A stretch of DNA of 64,000 nt from Takakia lepidozioides (lineage: Eukaryota > Plantae > Bryophyta), in the NCBI GenBank assembly GCA_030704615.1, contig CM060732.1:49166001-49230000 (forward strand), in the 5' to 3' direction. Under the pieces are notes generated by a model. That model was given only the letters and a program-made list of their open reading frames with translations, was not told where the DNA came from and did no database searches. Positions 36,771-48,185 of this stretch are shown piece after piece. The position numbers were made by a program, and so were the translations under genes. The first letter of the stretch is position 1, and each line of letters opens with the position of its first letter.

Positions 36771-39057
36771 TCATGACTTGAACTTCTTGGACGCTTGCTC
36801 GAAGATTTCCTCCTTAGCTTGAACATAAGCTCTTAATTGCTGTGGATCTCTGGTATCTTGGTCAGTTAAGGACTCAAGTGGAAGCTTGAGAACAGCCTGC
36901 CGCACCAAAGGTGTCTGGTCCTTGTGAATCTTAGAACCATCGGAGAATTTCTGCACATCTTTGAACCCATCGTCATAATTGGAAGGGTCTGTGACAAACA
37001 GAAGTAGTGGCTGCCACACTTGGGGTGATGGCAGACCGGGGCAGATACCCTCCAAGTGACTGTATGCCTCAGCTCTCTTATCGGAGTCCGCTTCCATGGC
37101 CCCCACAAGAATTTTAAGCCCACTACGCTGGATTTTATGGTGGTTCCCAGAAGCCATCTGGAAATACAGCACAGGGCTGCTGAATGCATCCATGGCAGCA
37201 AAATTTGATGAAGAGGGCAGGCAGTACCTCTTACAATTTGCTTCCACCAACCGCTTCCTTTACACTGTGAAAGGTATGTATCGTTGACTTTGGCAGCACG
37301 AGTTCAAACTCAACCTGTTGGCCTAGCAGGTGGCATTTAAAGCATCCACCTGATGCCAGCATAAAGTGAGCCAGCTGCTCAAACCAGTAACCTCTCTTAG
37401 CTGCTTGCTCCATGTGCCCAAGTGATTTCATGCAGAATTTCGCAACATCTATTGCTTCGTGCATCCCCATCGTCAAACTCAAGAGAGCTGCCACTTGTGG
37501 TGAAGCAAATCGCAGACACTCTGCTGTACTTCCGTAGACACTTCTTCTTTGGGCTGCTTGAATTCCCAGGGAGGTCCTCAGGATCAGGAACTGTCCAGTG
37601 GAAGATTTTATCACTTCCCGGAGGAAATCCACTAGTTCCAACATGAAGCATGTGGTTGTGGATTGAGGACGTGGTCATTGCATAACGCAAGTTCATCTTC
37701 CACTCGTCAATAGTTTTGCCCATAACACGCCCATAAAGCACTGTGCGTGCAATTCCACTTGCAAGAGCAAACCACTCCCTAATTTTGGACACCTCTAACT
37801 TGCTAAAGCGTGTTACGGCTTCAGCACATTTCTCCAACTCCTCTAGCTCAAAGAGGGGCATGTATAACACAAGGGTGTCAGGATACTTCCTTTGAAGTCT
37901 AAAGTGTTGCTTTTGTGCACTGCCAAAAACAAACATTAATTCACCTGGGCACAACCCCACAGAGATGCTTGGACTACAACCGTCCACAACGTATGCTGCC
38001 CTCTTGACTTCCTTTTGCAGCACTTCCAAGGCATCTAGGCTCCGGTCTATTGCGTGAACTACTGGAGGGCCATCTTTGGGCAGCTCAAGCCTATAAATGA
38101 AACGTTCCTTCGAATCTGGGGCTCCTCCTGAGGCCAACGTTTCCAGGACAACCACTTTCCCGTCGATTAAGAATTCTGCCACCATCAGTGCAGCAAGGTG
38201 TGACTTGCCAATTCCACGGGTGCCCGTGAACAAAGTTGCATGGTAAGGCCTACTCTCAAAATAAGCAAGGCGAGCCTCTTTCAACTCAACATAAGCACTC
38301 CGAACAAAAACTTGTTGGTGAAAGTCGACTTATCACCGAACCAGTACACACCATCCGGCAAAGTGATCGTAAATCTAGAGCCCGTCCTTGACCGATCTAG
38401 ATTGTCTTTGACAGACGTCGACGTCAGAGACTCCACAAATGTGAACATCGGAGAGTCTTCACTCACAGGAACCAATCCTGAGTACACAAAAACAAACTTC
38501 TCATGCATTGTCAGTTAAGGCCATAATCCAACAAGGATTCTAAAGTCATGGATAATATATAAACCTTTGTTTTTCAAACAAAGCAATCTACGGAAACAAA
38601 TCGCCTCAAGGTTTAAGAATAGAGCACAACTGGAAACGAAGGAAAACAGATGGACCTCGTGGCAATGCAGTCTGGTTTGCTCCTGAGGAACCTGCATGAG
38701 AGAAATAATAGTTCAGTAGAAGAAAATGTATACATCACACAAACAAACATGTCTGTCAAAGGACCCTGACAGAACACAGCGATACCTTCACCTGGAAATA
38801 CCTTCACCTGGAAACATACCTGCAGAATGCTGGGGCTCTCTAAACGCTGTATCGAGCGATATCACCACACCAAGTCGGCGAGGAAAAACACTGAGCAAAG
38901 AATCCCTGTCAGCAGCTGCAAGTACACTTGCAGATGTAAATCCATTGTTCACAAGTATATCCAAATCTTGGTCGCTAATTTCCTCAAACTCCTCCGGCGG
39001 TAGCTTTGTCTCCAAAAGCTTTCGAACACGCTCACGCTTAGCCATCCTGCCCTCCAT
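36771..39057 (-). pseudogene. Crinkler/RHS (CR)-type protein A: helical header + P-loop NTPase + REase-like C-terminus; exons 39057-38820, 38691-38656, ~38507-36771
   Basis: TITLPDGVYWFG..(F)VRSAY, Walker A GTRGIGKS, Walker B YVVDG, LYMPLFELEEL, GIARTVL, FASPQV, GYWFEQLAH, PSSSNFAAMDA..FQM....HKI, LFVTD. This is the typical motif series of Crinkler NTPase+REase C-termini. Frameshifts at ~38310, ~37510 and ~37250; last splice acceptor reads AA instead of AG. Confidence 0.85.
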
Positions 39058-39503
39058 GCAGGGGTATGGAAAGAAAACCAGATCAACAGAGGCGCAAGCA
39101 GGAACGACAAGTAATGGCGTGAGAAAGCAAGGAGAGCAATCAGAGATAGGACACCAGAATTGAGAGAGAGAGCGAGAGAGCGAGAGGGACTGAGCGAGAG
39201 TAGAGGAAATGAGCACATACGCGAGCCTCCGTTCGGGGGTAGTCATAAACCTCAAATCGGTTTGGGGAACAGTTCCATATTGCAACTTCTTCTTTTAACC
39301 CCTAAAGGACCGAATCGGGTCGCCCGAGTTTTCATCCATCCACAGTATGCACGGATGAAGACGGATGAAGGAGCGGCTTTAACGAAAAATGTAGCGCTAG
39401 AGAAGATGCGCACGCCCGGTCTTTACGGCGCCCCCAACAGGTAAAATCTCCGCCGTGAGGGATTTTTGAAGTTTGCGATTTGCAGGATTTTGGATGGAGG
39501 GGG
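38729..39503 (-). repeat. Copy A of ~770-bp duplicated upstream + header-exon + intron-start module
   Basis: Near-identical to 46011-46775; the 79-aa header peptides differ at 2 positions. Confidence 0.97.
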
Positions 39504-40078
39504 CTGTGGTACCTTCACTGGAACAAAACACCACTGGAGTCACACGAATCGCCACTGTCAATGGTCCTTCTGGCCGGAAGTCGTCTGGAATGCCAAGCCC
39601 GCTGAAAGTCTTCGTCTGGCTGGCCTTCCTCCAAAACAAAGCGGGATGCTTCTGCCCTTGATCTTGCAATCTGACTAACAGGGGATTGAAGAAACTCCCT
39701 AGGGCCGAAGATGCCAGCTGGGGTTGGGGTGGACAACATCTTTGGCCTCTTTGAGGCGGGCAGATCTGAATGAGAGCCATCCTCCCGAGATCCACTGGGT
39801 AGCAGCTGACTGACCTCCTTAGAATGCACAGCCACACCATGAACCTGAGGAGCTGTCAAAGCCGAGACAGGCAGGTGATTAGCAGCCTTACCTTTTTTTG
39901 CTTGGGGACAATCCGCTTTGATATGGCCTTCTTTATGGCAAAAATGGCAGAGAATTCTAAGACTTTCTTCAAATACAGAGACAGTCATGTAAGACTTGTC
40001 GATTGTAGGGAGCTTCAAGTATTCTGAAATTTTCGTTGTCTCTGGCATCCAGACAACTATCAGGTGGCCGTGTGGCAA
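39504..40078 (-). mobile_element. L1 ORF1 fragment with zinc knuckle
   Basis: CHFCHKEGHIKADCP preceded by ..LKLP....MTVSVFE.., as in plant L1 ORF1; abuts the end of the duplicated module. Confidence 0.7.
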
Positions 40079-40099
40079 GTGAGCTGGTCATTGACTGGG

Positions 40100-42640
40100 A
40101 ACATACTAGCAGTCTCAGATACAAATAACAATGTATATGTGGCAGGAAGCAGTTGATGGGGTGTGGACACAAATGCCCACTACCATTCAATGTCCTATTC
40201 ATGCTCAATTGCAATTCAAATAACTAGGTAGGGATAGAAACAATATGATTACAAAGAACAACACCCTCAATAGCTTCACTTTAGATCCACTTTACAAACT
40301 TTGGAACAACATGAGTGTCATGTAGGTGGCATTGGATTACTGCATGGACACATGACTTTAAAGACATGATTTGCATGATTTCAAGACCCCCCAAGAAGAT
40401 AGAATGGGACATCGCCTTTTGCTCCTTATCTAGACAAAATGAACTGCAGGCATAGTCTATCACAAAACCGTAATGTGGTAGAAATAGCTCCTAAGTTACA
40501 CCATTCGGCTGACTCTCCCCACCTGTCCTTCACTTGGACTAATAACAGGGTCCCACATGACTTGATTCTCGATCCCACAACTCCAGACCAGAGGAAGGCG
40601 GATGTACAAGCTGAATATTATCTATTTATGATAACAATGGCAATGTTGGGTTAACCCTCTTGTACAGATTCCCCACATTCATTCCAACACGCTTTTGGTG
40701 CAGATAAACTAGAACTGCTTGGAGCGCGGTTCTTCTCTTGAGACAGAGCACACGTGCATCATCTCTACAACAATCTAACTCTGCACAGTTTCAGGCCCCT
40801 TTGCGACTCCATTAGTGAGTTCCCCTTCAGCACAGAGTTGTCTAGAGCAGGTCTGTTTTCATCAACGATATAGCGATCCACCTTGTCCCTCCCTGTGTTG
40901 CTTGCTCTCTCCCTTTCAGCATACAAAGGTGTCTTCCCCATGGAACCCTCCTTTACAATTTCTCTTTGTGCCATTCATATGAAGTAAGGTAAGGGCTATG
41001 GGCGGCTTGCATGACAGAGCATGTGGACTTTTGGCTGATCTTCAAGGCGATCAGCAAACATACTTGCCAACCATAGTTTCCACTGATCAACTCTGAAGAA
41101 GCCCGTTGTAGTGTGGTTTGTAGAGTAACAGCTTGGGTCATTAGGGTTCGTCCTTTCCCACAGATGAGGGTGGGAGAAATTAAGCCACTGCAGAGCAGTT
41201 AGGGCTTCTTACCCCATTCTTTCAGCAAAAGGGGTACAATATTGGAGAACGGGAGGCCTACTAATGTAGTTATCAAAATCTGTAGCATGGCTGCTACTTA
41301 TCCACAACTAGCATCAATACTAGGTGGTCTCTCAGATACCAGATTTGTCCCATTTTCTACTATCTACTATCTACATGCATCCCTTTGACGGGCTGTGCCT
41401 AGAGCAGGAGGCTCTGTATGTTGCTGGATGTGAAACTTCATTTCTTGTTACTACCTCTTGCCCTGAATCATCTTTTGCCCCCTTTTCAGCTTTTCTTTCC
41501 ATCTTGTGCATGGGGTCTGAGCTAGTTGAAGGTTTTGTAGCAGCTCAAGCAGCCTGCTTGTGAGTGTGGTGAACAATCAAGAGGTCCATCCACTCCTAAT
41601 ATCATGCTAACCACCATCTCTGCTGTGCCAAGAGCCTGTCACAGAAGCATCAAAGGGAAAATCCACACTTAAACCAGAAGTCCAAAAGCAGAAATTAAAG
41701 CTAGCTTTGCTTCATGTACCAAAAACATATGACAAGTGGCCTTCTCTGAAAACTAATCACTGGCACTGACTGCAAAGATGGTAGAGAGGGATGCCACCAA
41801 CAGTTGATCACGTATATGGCCACCACCAAAAAGGACAAAAGGAAGACAGCCATTTGTGATAAAAATAGACGAGCACTAAAATAGAACATTTAAAAAGTTG
41901 TTCATTTGGTCAAAGGCTGGATTTGAAATCCTGCTGCAAGCAAGGCATCAAGGAAGAAGCAATCGTTCATCAGTCGAATCCAAAGCTACGACAATCACCA
42001 AAGAAATACAGGGTGAAGTATCAAGTATACAATACCATGCAAAGACCGGAGCCTTCATGACCAGTAGCCAAAAGAAGACCTGGCAAGCCTGGCACTGGCC
42101 CTTTAAGAGGCCTTCCATCTGAATCCGCAGACCATACCTCACATTCATCAGTGTTGCTGCCCAGGGTAAAACAGGCAGGAGTGATCAACCTGTACGAAAG
42201 ACCATCCCACACATGACAATCTCAGGTTGGATGAAGCCGTGTTTGTCTATTTGTTGCATACAAAGGCTGCTGACATCGTTTCTTCCAGAGTCCCAAGTGG
42301 GGTCCAAGTGGCCTTCAGAGTCAATACTTAGCAAATCGGCATCTTCAAAGTCATTCACATTCAGGGAGCCTATGTATGCTCCAAAGTGTGCCCCAATCTC
42401 GGGTAATGATCGGAGATAGTTGCCAGGGAGGTAAGGGAGGGCGATAATCCTCGGTTTACAAGTAACACCCAATCTGTGTCCCCAATCCGCCGACCAAGGG
42501 AAGAGATGCACTCTGTATCTAGACCTTCTGACGTTGAATTTGAGAGCTTTAGTAGCGAACTCCGGTGAACTGAACATTATTGAGAAAAAACCCCTCCCCA
42601 AGGGGTGGCAAAAGTGAGCAGTATGCTCGCCTGTCTAATC
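40100..42640 (-). mobile_element. Decayed L1 (ORF1 DUF4283-like region plus endonuclease remnants)
   Basis: GRGFFSIMFSS..LFPWS..IALPYLP..IGAHFG at 42185-42601 resembles the RRM/DUF4283 part of plant L1 ORF1. Downstream sequence is stop-ridden. Confidence 0.6.
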
Positions 42641-43669
42641 TCTTCAACCTGAACAGTTTAATGTTTATTCCCCCTCCCCTCCTCCATCGATTCCAGCTCT
42701 AACTTGGGATCCCTGTATCCATCCGAGCACTTTTTTGTGAACACGATGCAAACATGTGGACATGTGGACGAGTAATGAATGCTGTGGAGAAACCAGACAT
42801 CTGGGTGCACGAATCACACTGTTGTTTGGATATATCTTGGTCGTTTACACAGATTCGTTGCTCGGATGGCCTCGTTCTTGTTCGTATGCACTCTTCCTCA
42901 TAGAAAACTAAACATGCATGGCACATGTGTGATGTTCCGTGGTTGAACCATGAACCATGACGTGAATTCTTGTTGTTGCTCTTCATCTTCGTCACCATTG
43001 GAAAATTCCAACTCACATCGAAGTTCTCCAAAACACGACAATGCATGCGAAGTTGAAGCCGGGGAATCAAATGCGGCTGTACGGCCGTGAAAGCTTCACA
43101 TCTGCTTTACGCCAAACGTACAACAAAGCATGAGTGCGTTATCCTCATCTGTACGCTCAACCCAAAAACAAAAACATGTATGCCAAGACGATATGCTTCA
43201 GGATGATTCCTCCGATACTCACTACTGGAGGATTTGTGTCAAGTTGCTTTGCACTGAAAAAGCCAATTCTCCTTTCCAATCTAGCCAATCCTCCCAATCT
43301 TCGCAATTTTTTGACGAACAGGATTCCCGTACAGTCTTCCCAATGAACGTGTCAGTGTGTAGGGAGGACTAAAGGGTAGAAGCCTTGAATGATCAGTCCA
43401 GGTGGCCTCCTGTTGCTGGCTGGCCAAGGGCCTCTTGGGGACGTTTTGGTGGTGTCTGGGAGCGCCAAGTAGGATTAAAGTGTTTCGGCCATCCGACCAA
43501 GCTGTGACCCACAGGCCGAATGCTCGTCCCATCTTTACAGAGTAGAGAAGAAGGTCCAGTTTGAAGCCTCGACAGCATGGCATGGGAATGCAGCAGATAC
43601 TACATTAAACTGGGAGAGGATAAGGGAGGGAGTCAGTTTTCGGTAGACTTGGCAAAGGAGGACAGCAAC

Positions 43670-43778
43670 ATGACAGGGGGGCCGCTGAGAGTGGCGCTTA
43701 TATGTGGCACTTGGCCTTCCGCCGAGCGGGGGATCTCTTTGAACTCAGCTCGCTCTGTGCTTGACCATCTGCAGGGAC
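43670..43778 (+). pseudogene. DDL: Fragment of plastid D-alanine-D-alanine ligase gene (N-terminal motif only)
   Basis: PLRVALICG(TW)PSAERGISLNSARSVLDHLQG matches the N-terminus of plant D-Ala-D-Ala ligase. Similarity stops after HLQG and no further exons were seen. Confidence 0.8.
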
Positions 43779-44530
43779 TTTTTAGGAACGATGGGTGTAA
43801 AACTAGAAAGAACCAGCTCAATGGGACACAATTCGTACCGAATGGATATCTCCACACGCACTCGTCACTCCACGAGCTGCCGCGGTATGACATAGGCGAG
43901 AGATTGATAGATTGTTGATTTCTCCCACAATTGCGCATTTCAGACCCAACCCAAATGGTGAAAATTCAGAACTACAAATTTTTTGTGACTTGTTGAGCTG
44001 TGCTGGATTCCGCAGTATCCCTTCGCATCAAAACGATCATGTAGGCTCAATTTCATCCTCTGTATGCCAGCCCCCAGCTGCCGACCCACACATCCAGAAC
44101 GAGAAACCTCGGAGAAGCGAAATTATAAAAAATTCGTCTCGCACATGTCACAGGTAATGAGAGAGAGCAAGTGCTGGTGGTATAGTTCATTGGGGACAGG
44201 GCGCTTTGGGTCAGGCTGATGATTTGGTCGTACGTTGCTATTACCTGAACCGCGAATTGCAGGTTTTTGCCATCTCTACAGCGCAGGTACTGCTTCGGCT
44301 CCCATGTTATTTCTGAAGATGAATGAGGGTTGAAGTTATGCAAATCAAACTCTTGGTCAAAGATTACATATGAGAAATGCCTCACCTGCCAACAGCCTTC
44401 TTTCACGAGTCATAAATCTTCCTTTTGTCTCTTGTGTAACAAATAAACAAGAGACAGGGACTCTGACAGTCCTTCCCGTGATATTTTGACATTCATGAAC
44501 AAGTCACTAACCGGACAGTCATGGACAAAG

Positions 44531-46321
44531 CTACACCACCGGCCTGCATAACTCAAGTGCTAACAACTGCCGGTCATGCTCCTGCTTCATCAGGGCACCT
44601 CCCTTTGCACCATCCGGCCATTCTATCCCGCTGCTTAAGAAAGGAGGGTAACTGGTCGTTCCCTCAGGCCCAGCCCAATCGAAGTCAATAAAACAAACCT
44701 GATCCCTATTCAAATTCACCATTATGTTACTGAACCGCATATCACCATGAACAGCCCTCAATTCCAATCCGTGGACTTGGTCCAGGCCTGCCGCAACGCA
44801 TGCTTTGCACTGTTCCCATTGGTGGGGAGTCATCTGCTGCTGCTGTTCGTGAACGTACTTCACCCAAAGGAAACCACCCTTCACCAACAGCCAAATACTG
44901 CATTGTTATGGCCTTCCATTCTCCGGGCAGAGCAGTAACACGGACTAATTCAGGGGCAAACCCCGCAGAATACCAACTGCGGTGTACCACCTCACCATAG
45001 CGCTGAGAAAATTTGACAATCACTAGTTTGCCACCAGACTCCACAAGATATACCAGGCGCTGTCCTACTCGAGTAACTCGAGCAAGAGGATATTCTTCTG
45101 CTAGATGATAGGGCCAGCATGCCGCCGAAACCCTTTTCCTGCTTGCAGGTATCTGGAGACTGTAGTAAAACCTTCTAAGCTCAAACAACAGCATCACCAA
45201 GGCTCTAATTACCCGAGCCAAATGCTCCACATACCGCTCGTCAGTGAGCCTAAGGAGATGCAGACTAGCTGTCAGCGGCTCAATCACTGGACGGTCATGA
45301 AACACCGCACCATTGATTCGAATATGCGGGCCAACAATCTCAATCAGAATGATTGGGCAGCAAGAAGAAAGGTAGGAAGTTTCTGCAAGAGTGGCCCACT
45401 GCGCATATGTTGTAAGGTACTCGGCGTAGGACATGCCACTTTCCACGTAGGCATCGCCATTTAAACCACATTCTGGCTTGACTTCTATAATCGCGAGTAG
45501 TTGGTCTCCGCTGAAGATAGCTGCATCTGGCTCCTGCATTGCATGGCGCCCTAGTTCCTTCACTTGGAAAAGATCAGGATGTCGTAGATCGAGGATTTCT
45601 TGCATGACATGGACCAATTGCTTCCTGCGGCATTCCTCAGAAAAAAATTACCCTTGCATACTACAAAATGCTTCTACAGCCTCCCAACAATCCGTTGTAA
45701 ATTCTTCTTGTCCATGCAACCTGTCCCGAAATAATGCGAAGGCCCTGTGTGCCAGCTGTATTGGCATGCCAGTAGCTGTAGCTGGGCGATGGTTGTGGAG
45801 CAATGGTCCCCCTAAGGACTCCTGCAGCGTCCACATAGTTCTGTATTGCGAAGCAGCTGTTGATGGCGAGAGCTTGGCATCCTGAAACCTTTGAATGTGG
45901 GCCGCTTCGTCGGTCACTGCGGCAACAAACATCCAATTCTGAGCTGCATTTTTGTTTGACAAACCATTGATCCAAACTCTTACCAAGCTAGCCAAGGATA
46001 GGGTTCCACATATACATCACACAAACAAACATGTCTGTCAAAGGACCCTGACAGAACACAGCGATACCTTCACCTGGAAATACCTGCAGAATGCTGGGGC
46101 TCTCTAAACGCTGTAACGAGCGATATCACCACACCAAGTCGGCGAGGAAAAACACTGAGCAAAGAATCCCTGTCAGCAGCTGCAAGTACACTTGGAGATG
46201 TAAATCCATTGTTCACAAGTATATCCAAATCTTGGTCGCTAATTTCCTCAAACTCCTCCGGCGGTAGCTTTGTCTCCAAAAGCTTTCGAACACGCTCACG
46301 CTTAGCCATCCTCCCCTCCAT
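44531..46321 (-). pseudogene. Crinkler/RHS (CR)-type protein B: same header + REase-like domain + protein kinase-like domain; exons 46321-46084 and 45943-44531
   Basis: PSTAA..Y..Q..NHRP..PIQLAH..F; PD(x)11EVK..G..GDAY (PD-(D/E)xK-like); kinase motifs VIVKF, YGEVVH..GFAPEL, MQYL, HGDMRFSNIMV, FIDFDWAG, YP, EHD. In-frame TAA at 45648-45650 and one frameshift at ~44850. Confidence 0.85.
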
Positions 46322-46775
46322 GCAGGGGTATGGTTTTCTGGAAAGAAAACCAGATCAAGAGAGGCGCAAGCAGCAACGACAAGTAATGGCGTGAGAAAGC
46401 AAGGAGAGCATCAGAGATAGGACACCAGAATTCAGAGAGAAAGAGCGAGAGAGCGAGAGGGACTGAGCGAGAGTAGAGGGAATGAGCACATATGCGAGCC
46501 TCCGTCGGGGGTAGTCATTAACCCTTAAAGTCGGTTGGGGAAGAATTCCATATTGCAACTTCTTCTTTTAACCCCTAAACGGCCGAATCGGGTCGCCCGA
46601 GTTTTCATCCATCCACAGTATGCACGGATGAAGACGGATGAAGGAGCGGCTTTAACGAAAAATGTAGCGCTAGAGAAGATGCGCACGCCGGTCTTTACGG
46701 CGCCCCCAACAGGTAAAATCTCCGCCGTGAGGGATTTTTGAAGTTTGCGATTTGCAGGATTTTGGATGGAGGGGG
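46011..46775 (-). repeat. Copy B of ~770-bp duplicated upstream + header-exon + intron-start module
   Basis: Near-identical to 38729-39503. Confidence 0.97.
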
Positions 46776-48185
46776 GGGCGCCACGCCGTTGACCGTCGAC
46801 GTGGCAGGCCGGCGCGGCCACGGGGGTGGCATTTTGCGGCGGGGGGCCATGCAGGGCTGATGAAGGGGCGGCCGGCACGGTTCGATTGAGGTGGCCCTGC
46901 GAAATATTGGGAACCGTCGACGTGGCCCGGGAAACGTCATGCGGGAATCCGGCGTCCAATTGCCTGACCTGAAGGAGGCCCGAAATTTCACAAAATGTAG
47001 CATCCAAATGCAATAGGAAATTCTTGGCCAGGGTAGTGTAGGGGGTTCCTGGACGGAATTCCAGAATAGACTTCCGGGAATTCCAGTTTACATTTCTCAG
47101 CAATTCGTAAGTTGATCCCCCGGTAAACATAACGGCAGAACCCAGCCTCGGTGATATTTTCGGGAAGGCTTCCAGGCTGGGAACCCCAAGCTGCCAAGCG
47201 GTTCCACATTACATTTCCACGGCCTGCCCTTAGGCGGGCCTCGCCTCTTCCGCCCCCTGTTTTGTGCCCTACGTAGCCCGTGGTATTGTGGGGCCACCCT
47301 TCACCCCCCCCCCGCCCCCATGTCTAGCAGCCAGTGCGGGCTGCCACGCCTGCCAGCCTGGTGCCCTAAAACAGTTTGGGGCCACGTATGCAGATCTGAA
47401 AATGCTGACTCGAATTACTTGTAAAATTCATAAAAAAATCAAGTGTTGTTAAAAGCGTGCAAAGGGTCGTTGGAAAGCTGCCATTCAGGGCTACATTGTT
47501 TCTTCCAACGTCACCTCAATCAGAGTAAATCACAGAAAGTTACAAGAGAGCGAAAAAAACAGGGGCGTAAGGGTCAATGTATATTGAACTTGTACTGTAT
47601 GTATATCAGTGGATGATAATTCGCCGAAGGATACCATGAGAAAAAAATATCTGCCGCTCTGAGTGCTGGCAATGTCCTGACTGATGATATAAGAACTTGG
47701 ATGGATGAATCTTCTATCGGACGACACACTGCACGAAACAGGATGTTGACGTGGCCCTCTCTCATTGATGCAACTGCGTCACGTATGCCACGCGCATGCG
47801 ACGCAGTCAGCACAGCACCGCGAGCGGTCGGGCTCGCGGTCGACCGCGGACAACAGGTACTGCGGTCGCGGGTGACCGCGGTCAATAAGGCGGACAGGGG
47901 TGACCGCCTCAGCCGGCTCTCCCTGTGGACTTTAGGACAACCATTATTGGCTTGGCAGGTTATCCGGTGCTGATGACCGGCAGAAGGCGGTCGAACGAAA
48001 TAAGGAAATAAACGGCAAAAGGGCCGCTCGAAGGGGGCTCGTCTGTGGGTGTTGGTCGCTGCGAGGCTGCTGCCATTGATCGATCGAGCGAGCGAGCGAG
48101 TAGCGGGCGCTTGCAAGAGAGAGAGAGTTTGGAGCAGCGCTTGCAATCTTGACAGTGCAGGAGGGGTAGAGAAAGGAAGGGAAGG

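Noticed and set aside
42699-43372. Cys/His-rich short ORFs, possible transposase remnant
   Set aside because: No motif could be assigned with confidence.
36771-46321. Fungal or oomycete contamination as the source of the CR genes
   Set aside because: They are interleaved with plant-type L1 fragments and a plant DDL fragment and are contiguous with plant SAR1; read-level confirmation is still advisable.
46525-48146. ORFs of 201 aa and 190 aa between CR gene B and SAR1
   Set aside because: GC-rich promoter/repeat DNA with no recognisable domain; probably chance ORFs.
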